32,000 nucleotides of DNA. Origin: Edaphobacter aggregans (GTDB lineage Bacteria > Acidobacteriota > Terriglobia > Terriglobales > Acidobacteriaceae). The notes beneath the pieces are model-generated. The model was not told the DNA's origin and ran no database searches. It saw nothing but the letters and a program-made list of their open reading frames with translations. Of this stretch, positions 26,201-32,000 are shown one piece after another. How positions within the stretch are numbered: the first letter of the stretch is position 1; every line of letters starts with the position of its first letter. The stretch covers positions 4,800,001 through 4,832,000 of the forward strand of contig NZ_RSDW01000001.1 of assembly GCF_003945235.1 (NCBI RefSeq), in the 5' to 3' direction. The translations under genes and the position numbers were made by a program.

Positions 26201-27252
26201 GAGCGTACTTCGCACTTGCGTTACAAAACAGACCGGAGACATGGTTTACAGCGGAGCGCGACGGCGACAATTCCCCACCTTCGGCTACGCACGACGATGT
26301 TGTATGCCCTGGAAAGAGAGTCGGATCATGGATCAACGTCTTCAGTTTTTATCGAGTTATCAGAAAGAGGAGATGTCAATAGCAGACCTGTGCCGTGAGT
26401 ACGGAATCTCCCGCCCGACGGGCTACCGTTGGATTAACCGCTATAAGGAGACGGGACCGGAAGGACTCGTAGATCGCAGCCGGCGCCCGCATGGTTGTTC
26501 CCACGCCACGCTAGAGCCAATTGAAAACGCGATCCTTGCGCTTCGGGCCAAGCATCCATCCTGGGGCGCGCGAAAGCTAAAAACAAGGCTGGAGATGCTA
26601 CAGCCAGATGTGGTGTGGCCTAAGCCGGGTCCGAGCGATTTGCGAAGCAGCCATGAGGGAGCACGGGGTTCCAGCGCGGATCAGGACGGATAACGGAGCA
26701 CCGTTTGCAGGCACAGGGTTACTGGGATTGTCGAAGCTCTCACTCGGTTGGATGAAGCTCGGGATCGTGCATGAGCGCATTCAAGCAGGTCGACCTCAAC
26801 AAAACGGCCGCCATGAGCGGATGCATCGCACACTGAAGGAGGACACGACAAAACCGCCTGCGGCCTCCCTTCGCGCCCAGCAAAGTCGATTTGATAACTT
26901 TCGCAACGTGTTCAATAACGAGCGTCCGCGCGAGGGCCTGAACAACCAAGTTCCAGCAAGTCTCTACCACCCAAGCTCCGTCCGACTGCCACGCAAGTTG
27001 CCGGAATTCAATTATCAAAGGGCTTCTGTTGCGACGGGTGAACAATAGCGGAGACATCAGTTGGCATAAGACGAGAATCTTCATCAGTGAGGTGTTCCGC
27101 TTCGAAGAGCTGGCATTTGAGTTGGTAACACCGGGATTCTATAGAGTTTACTTTCGAGACATGGAGATCGGAGGACTTAACGTGGACGAGCGATGAGTGG
27201 ATTGCCCTGTTCTCGCCAGCTGAGAATTCCTTCCAACCTGTGAGGGGGCGAA
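26201..27252 (+). mobile_element. IS481-family element, defective (internal deletion plus frameshift); right end approximate
   Basis: The left terminus is defined by the point where similarity to the second copy (31415) begins. It carries the transposase remnant listed next. No convincing right inverted repeat was found by eye. Confidence 0.75.
26304..27196 (+). pseudogene. IS481-family DDE transposase, missing about 150 central codons and frameshifted near 27030
   Basis: The N-terminus is MPWKESRIMDQRLQFL...LCREYGISRPTGYRWINRYKETGPEGLVDRSRRPH...HPSWGARKL. It jumps (about 26630) to EHGVPARIRTDNGAPFAG...GRPQQNGRHERMHRTLK...FNNERPREGL. The C-terminus RRVNNSGDISWHKTRIFISEVF... is in another frame. 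Confidence 0.8.
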
Positions 27253-27255
27253 CTG

Positions 27256-29742
27256 TTACTCGGAGCGCAGTGCCTCCATTACGTCGACGCGGGCAGCGCG
27301 AGTTGCGGGCAGAAGCGATGCCACAACCGCAACCGTCATCAGCAGGAACGCGGAAATGACCACGGGCAAGGCGCCCGGCATCTTCATTTCAGCAAAATAG
27401 CTACCCGCTAAACGTGCCGCCACGAATCCGAACGCTGCTCCAGCGAGCACGCCCAATGCGGCCATCACGGCGCCCTCTGCTATGACGCCCTTAAGGATCC
27501 GCCGAGGCTCCGATCCAAGCGCCAGCCGGATCCCGAATTCGCGGGTGCGCGCACTCACCGAAAATGCCAGCACTCCCGCCACCCCGACCACCGCGATGGC
27601 CAACGCCACACCAGCAAATACGCCAAACACCACCGAGTTCAACCGGTCCGGCGTGAGCACTTCGGAGCGGACATCTTCAAGCGTGGCCGCGTGCTCAACG
27701 GGCTGATCGTCGGACATCGAGCGAATGAGGCGCGTGATGGGCGTGACAAGCGCATACGGATCGCGGCTGGTGTGGACAAATAGGCGACCGCCGAAGATCA
27801 AATCTCCCGCAAGGGGGTCGTAGACAGTGACTGTGGGCTCAGGAACGATGTGATTATCATCAATATCTGCCGCGACACCGATGATGCGGTGCGGCGCCAT
27901 CAGGCGTGCCTTGTCGGCATCCGTTCCGGGGGAGAATTGCAATACGGGATCCGTCCAAAAAACATGCCGATTGATGGGATCCTGATTGGGGAACATACGC
28001 TGTGCAAGAGTCTGGCTGATGATAACGACCGGGTCGCTATTATTCTGATCGTCGAGCGCGTTGAAATCGCGACCGGCGATGATGGGAACACCAAGCGCTG
28101 CAAAATATCCGGGAGAGATAGTTCGCCACCCTGCACGGGGATCCTCCACGCCAGGGGTATGAATGTGACCGTCGGCAGAAAATTGCAGACCGGGGCCGGT
28201 TGGATCGCCTTCCCGCCAGGGAACCACGGTGCCGAACGCCGTCCGATTCACACCCGGCAACGCATCAATGCGACGCATCGCTTCTTTGTAGAAATCAACA
28301 ACCTGCTGCGGTGTTTTTCCGTAGTACATAGCCGGAACATCGATAGCGAGAACGCGTTGCGTGTCCAGGCCCGTCCGTGCTCTTTGCAGGGCGATGAGAG
28401 TCGAGATCAACACACTTGCGCCGACCAGCAGCACGAACGAAGCGGCGATTTGTGTCACCGCGAAGATCTGCTGGCGGCGGTTCGTGCCGCTGGTGATGCG
28501 CACAGTCCCGCTGGAAAGACCCAGCCCACTCGATGAGGCGGACGACGGCAGACGTGGGACAAACGCCAGGATCACCGCTGCGACGATGGCCAGCGCTGCT
28601 CCCACCCACAGCAGGCTGGAATCTACTTTTAAGTCGAGGGCGCGGACGGAAAATCTGGAAGCATAGCGGGCGAGGACAGCGACCATCAGCGGGGCACTTA
28701 CCACACCGATCAGGGCACCGGTGCCGCAGAGCACGAGGCTTTCAGCCAACAGCATGCGGCGCAGCGCGCCTCTGCTCGCCCCGAGCGCCATGCGGACTGC
28801 GAGTTCACCTTCGCGGCGAACCGTCCGTGCCAGAATCAGGTTGGCGACGTTGCAACATGCAATGACGAACACCAGCGCCGAGGCTGCGAGTAACACCAGC
28901 AGCACATCCCTGGCGCCAGACGTAATCTCGTCGCGAAACATGCGAGCTTGTATCTGATAGTCAGCTTGCTTCGAATAGGCCTCGGGGTGGTCTTTTTTCA
29001 TCGCGGAGTAGACGGTGCGCAATTCAGCACGAGCCTGGTCGAGAGTGGCTCCGGGTGCGAGACGGCCGAAAAGCTCAGTCATGCGATGAATGCGGCCAGT
29101 GACCATGGTCGCAGAGAGATGATGCGGGCTGGTGACGATATTAGAGATGATTTCGGTGTCCTGTGGGTATGGGACGCAGGGTTCGAGGACGCCAATGATT
29201 TTCGCTGACCGTTCACCAATGCTGCCGAGGCGAACGGTCTTGCCGATGACCGAAGGATCCTTACCAAGAGCGGTAGCCCAGAAACGATAGGTGAGAACGA
29301 CGACTCCGGCAGCGTTTGGGCCATCGTCCTGAGGCCCGATGAGACGCCCGAGGACTGGATGAAGGCCCATCACATCGAAAAACGTGCCGCTGACAACTCC
29401 CCCTTGAATAGAACGAGGCTCACCGAGGCCGACCATGGTGAAACCCATGGTGGAGAAGTCACCGAGTGCGCTCAAGGTTTTGACACCTGCGTGCAAGTCC
29501 TGGATCTCGGGTACGGAAAAAGCGGAGTTGGCCTCGTGAATGCCCGGCGCGCTCTGCCGGATATAGATCAGACGGTTCTCGTCACGGTTGACCAGAGGCT
29601 TGAGAAGGACACCACGCACCAGTGTGAAGATCGCTGCGTTAGCGCCGATGCCAAGCGACAGCGTGAGAATCACCGTGATCGCCAGCCCGGGAGTACGAGC
29701 TAATGAATGGATCGCAACTCTGATATCGCGAAGGAATGCCAT
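27256..29742 (-). CDS. ADOP-family duplicated permease (MacB/FtsX-like), intact
   Basis: The ORF is 828 aa with GAGGGGAG RBS. An N-terminal TM is followed by a large periplasmic domain and an FtsX 4-TM block, and this arrangement occurs twice. It ends with the canonical ...RVDVMEALRSE. Confidence 0.9.
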   Translation of the reverse strand: MAFLRDIRVAIHSLARTPGLAITVILTLSLGIGANAAIFTLVRGVLLKPLVNRDENRLIYIRQSAPGIHEANSAFSVPEIQDLHAGVKTLSALGDFSTMGFTMVGLGEPRSIQGGVVSGTFFDVMGLHPVLGRLIGPQDDGPNAAGVVVLTYRFWATALGKDPSVIGKTVRLGSIGERSAKIIGVLEPCVPYPQDTEIISNIVTSPHHLSATMVTGRIHRMTELFGRLAPGATLDQARAELRTVYSAMKKDHPEAYSKQADYQIQARMFRDEITSGARDVLLVLLAASALVFVIACCNVANLILARTVRREGELAVRMALGASRGALRRMLLAESLVLCGTGALIGVVSAPLMVAVLARYASRFSVRALDLKVDSSLLWVGAALAIVAAVILAFVPRLPSSASSSGLGLSSGTVRITSGTNRRQQIFAVTQIAASFVLLVGASVLISTLIALQRARTGLDTQRVLAIDVPAMYYGKTPQQVVDFYKEAMRRIDALPGVNRTAFGTVVPWREGDPTGPGLQFSADGHIHTPGVEDPRAGWRTISPGYFAALGVPIIAGRDFNALDDQNNSDPVVIISQTLAQRMFPNQDPINRHVFWTDPVLQFSPGTDADKARLMAPHRIIGVAADIDDNHIVPEPTVTVYDPLAGDLIFGGRLFVHTSRDPYALVTPITRLIRSMSDDQPVEHAATLEDVRSEVLTPDRLNSVVFGVFAGVALAIAVVGVAGVLAFSVSARTREFGIRLALGSEPRRILKGVIAEGAVMAALGVLAGAAFGFVAARLAGSYFAEMKMPGALPVVISAFLLMTVAVVASLLPATRAARVDVMEALRSE

Positions 29743-29897
29743 GTTGCTCCCCTCTTCTGTTGAGCTTGCTCTGATGGTTCATCACTTGTCCGAAAGAGCG
29801 ACTCTTCGGCCGAGCGGCGAGAAGCCTGTTCTAACCAAGCCTTCGCCGCCCACCTCAGCTGTATCCCGCGCATGACGATCGTCAAAACGCCAACTTC

Positions 29898-30407
29898 TTA
29901 TTTCGCCTGCGCTAGCCCCGCAACAACTGCGGCAACTTTATCGAGTATCTCGTTCCAGCCCTCCAATTGCCCGCTATTCTTTGCGCTCTCCATGGGTTCA
30001 TTTCCAATGTGGGTGAGTCTCGTCTGGCCGTTCCCGAGATCCTCAAAGATGGTCACGTCGTACGCACCGTCGATGGCCTCATGTTCTATTCCTAATTCCG
30101 CAAGGTCAATCTTGTTTCCCTTCGAGTCGGAAAAGTACATGGAGGAAACGATCTTTTCGTACGGAACAATCTCGTGGTATTCAACCGCATTCCAGCCCTC
30201 CTGCCCATCCGGCGCCTTCATGCAGCAGAGAAGTTTTCCTCCCACGCGAAAATCCATCTTGCAAACAGGCGCAGTAAAGCCCTTCGGTCCCCACCACTGC
30301 ATGATGTACTTCGGGTCTGTCCACGCCTTCCAAACCAACTCGCGTGGGGCATCAAAAACTCGTGTCACAACCATCCGCTCAATTTCGTTAACCGTGTTTT
30401 CTGTCAT
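29898..30407 (-). CDS. SRPBCC/AHSA1-domain protein
   Basis: VVTRVFDAPRELVWKAWTDPKYIMQWWGPKGF is the hallmark N-terminus of the Aha1-like SRPBCC family. The gene overlaps the upstream ArsR gene by 20 nt. Confidence 0.9.
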   Translation of the reverse strand: MTENTVNEIERMVVTRVFDAPRELVWKAWTDPKYIMQWWGPKGFTAPVCKMDFRVGGKLLCCMKAPDGQEGWNAVEYHEIVPYEKIVSSMYFSDSKGNKIDLAELGIEHEAIDGAYDVTIFEDLGNGQTRLTHIGNEPMESAKNSGQLEGWNEILDKVAAVVAGLAQAK

Positions 30408-30741
30408 CTCTGACCTCCTCTTTTTTCATTTGCTTCACAACCTCTTCCAGCTTGTCGAAACTCTCTTCCCAGAACCGGCGATAGCTAAACGCCCAGTCGC
30501 TGACCGTCTTAATCGCCTCTGGTCTAAGCGTGCACACACTCTCTCGTCCACGCTTCGTCTTGATCACAATCCGCGCCCGCACCAGGTAGGCGATATGTTT
30601 TGAAATCATCTGCTGTGAGAGTGCAAACGGTTCCGTCAATCCATGCACAGAGGCAGGCCCACGTGAGAGGCGCTCGATCATTGCCCTACGGGTGGGATCA
30701 GACAAAGCCGCGAATGTTGTATTCAAACTATCCACAACCAT
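30388..30741 (-). CDS. ArsR/SmtB-family HTH transcriptional regulator
   Basis: FAALSDPTRRAMIERLSRGPASVHGLTEPFALSQQMISKHIAYLVRARIV is a canonical ArsR winged helix. The start may instead be GTG or TTG a few codons downstream. Confidence 0.9.
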   Translation of the reverse strand: MVVDSLNTTFAALSDPTRRAMIERLSRGPASVHGLTEPFALSQQMISKHIAYLVRARIVIKTKRGRESVCTLRPEAIKTVSDWAFSYRRFWEESFDKLEEVVKQMKKEEVRDDRKHG

Positions 30742-30752
30742 ATGGTTGTGGA
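30731..30752. promoter_or_regulatory. perfect 22-bp palindrome, candidate ArsR operator
   Basis: TCCACAACCATATGGTTGTGGA is perfectly self-complementary. The annotated ATG of the ArsR gene lies at its centre (30739-30741). Confidence 0.5.
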
Positions 30753-31414
30753 TGCTCGGTCAATTGTCAAGTGCAAATTTTGCGATCACTGATTTCTGTT
30801 CCTTGATCTGTGAACCCCGATAGCGCTGATTTTTGCTTCCCATGAGCAGCGTCAGCATGGTTTAGGATTTCTGCTTGCTCGTGCAATTACTCATTAGCCC
30901 TGACGGCTAAACTGCCAACTGCAACTGCGCAGGAGCGCAAGCCGACAGGGCTGTGGCGCTGGCATTAGGGGCCGAAAGAATGCGGGTTGCCTCTGGAAGC
31001 TGTTCTCGATGTATCACCGTCCCGTTGGGCAAGTGATCTTGCCAATTGACTCGCTACCATCTCCGGAATGAGGGATCAATCGCCAATGCACTCATCGACG
31101 ACGATCACGACGAGCTATTTCTTGCGAGTACGGCGCATCGCGCTGGTCGATGGAGCTATAAATCCAGCATCGCCCGGGCGAAAAGCAGGCCATGGAAATG
31201 ACAGAGTAGGGAAGGCATGGAAAGCCATGAAGCCGGCTTCCCACCCTTCCCACACTCTGTGGAAATCCCTTCGGAATTCCCACATACCCACGGCCTCGAC
31301 GACGGTATATATGTCTTCTCGTGCCCACTCAACTCGGAACCATCGCCACCGCAAGGGGCTTGTAACGGATGTCTCAGGTCCACAGCGTAACGCATGTCAC
31401 GTACACTCATCCCT

Positions 31415-31700
31415 GAGCGTACTTCGCACTTGCGTTACAAAACAGACCAAAGACATGGTTTACAGCGGAGCGCGACGGCGACGGTTTCTGAGCATTGGGT
31501 AACTCATGACCATGTTGTATTCCCTGGAAAGAGTCAGATCTTAGATCAACGTCTGCAGTTTTTGTCGGAGTTATCATAAGGAAGAGATGTCGGTGATGGA
31601 CCTATGTCGCGCGTATGGGATCTCCCGTCCCACGGCCTATCGCTGGATCAATCGTTAGAACGAAACGGGGGCCAGAAGGACTCGTGGATCGCAGCCGGCG
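31415..31700 (+). mobile_element. IS481-family 5' fragment (second, more decayed copy)
   Basis: It is colinear with 26201-26485, with many substitutions. The reading frame carries stops (..LERVRS*, ..WINR*). Similarity ends abruptly at 31700. Confidence 0.75.
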
Positions 31701-31773
31701 TTAGTGGCCACGAGAGCTGCCGAACCCAGCTGAAGAAATGTATGCCTTGAAACTCCGTTTCTAATTCGACCAT
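31701..31773 (-). pseudogene. orphan 5' end of a gene cut by the IS fragment (speculative)
   Basis: The ATG at 31773 is preceded by AGGAGG 4 nt upstream. The frame MVELETEFQGIHFFSWVRQLSW runs straight into the IS481 remnant. Confidence 0.2.
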
Positions 31774-31891
31774 CGGTCCTCCTGATATGTTTGTGCTTAT
31801 GAATGAAATCAAATTTTTACAACTTCACGCCAGAGTTTCCGATAAAACAGTTTTCCCGGAACCATGGTGAACGCATCTCAGAACTAGAGGA

Positions 31892-32000
31892 CTATTGCCG
31901 GTTGAGAATCGCGTGGAGCAACGCCATCTCCACTTTTTTCTGGTCGGCTTGTGAAAGACTTGCCGGAGTTATATTGATTTCCACCTTGTTTACGACTCCG
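31892..32000 (-). CDS. 3' end of an unidentified gene entering from the window end
   Basis: The minus frame is open from the window edge, ...VEINITPASLSQADQKKVEMALLHAILNRQ, and stops at TAG (31892-31894). The region is AT-rich. Too short to assign. Confidence 0.3.
   Translation of the reverse strand, partial: GVVNKVEINITPASLSQADQKKVEMALLHAILNRQ

Noticed and set aside
26199-27267. CGGAGCG at both flanks of the IS481 copy (26199-26205 and 27261-27267) as a possible target-site duplication.
   Set aside because: The left GAGCG is also present at the start of the second IS copy, so it belongs to the element. The right copy lies inside the native ADOP C-terminal codons (ALRSE).
31068-31502. A 144-aa plus-strand ORF.
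   Set aside because: It spans the repeat-rich stretch and runs into the IS481 terminus. The sequence is Ser/Thr/His/Arg-rich with no start context.

Overview
This is a mosaic, mostly high-GC chromosomal segment. It looks Acidobacteriota-like, an inference from two ADOP-type duplicated permeases, a TIGR03435-type domain, CarboxypepD_reg repeats and an ECF/anti-sigma pair. All family calls come from motif recognition by eye; no searches were run.

Three blocks look functional:
- 7.2-12.4 kb: a secreted amidohydrolase, a CarboxypepD_reg repeat protein and a divergent ECF sigma/anti-sigma pair.
- 16.3-25.1 kb: an AraC-type gene followed by four co-directional hemicellulose-debranching genes (GH51 arabinofuranosidase, PF00756-like esterase, GH3 with PA14 insert, Tat-signal type-B carboxylesterase).
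- 27.3-30.7 kb: an intact ADOP permease plus an ArsR/SRPBCC pair, bracketed by two decayed, same-orientation IS481-family copies.

Between these blocks lies a graveyard of gene fragments: a NUDIX pseudogene, a truncated and frameshifted ADOP paralog, a tyrosine-integrase remnant, a RepB'-like primase N-terminus, a Topo-VIA-like Toprim fragment, an Ig-like fragment, a Crp N-terminal fragment, and an ArdC-N fragment joined to a DinB C-terminal fragment. An intact short ssb also sits here. An AT-rich islet at 1.7-4.6 kb carries a near-consensus promoter and three exported proteins I cannot assign to any family.

I found no tRNA, rRNA, CRISPR array or recognisable defence system. The most unusual observations are:
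- An ECF sigma gene whose ORF is open, but whose region-2 motifs are encoded in a different frame (a compensated double frameshift).
- A 245-bp element made of 2+2 inverted 23-bp repeats.
- A CXXC-less thioredoxin fold fused to a TIGR03435 domain.
- The unassignable AT-rich secreted-protein islet.
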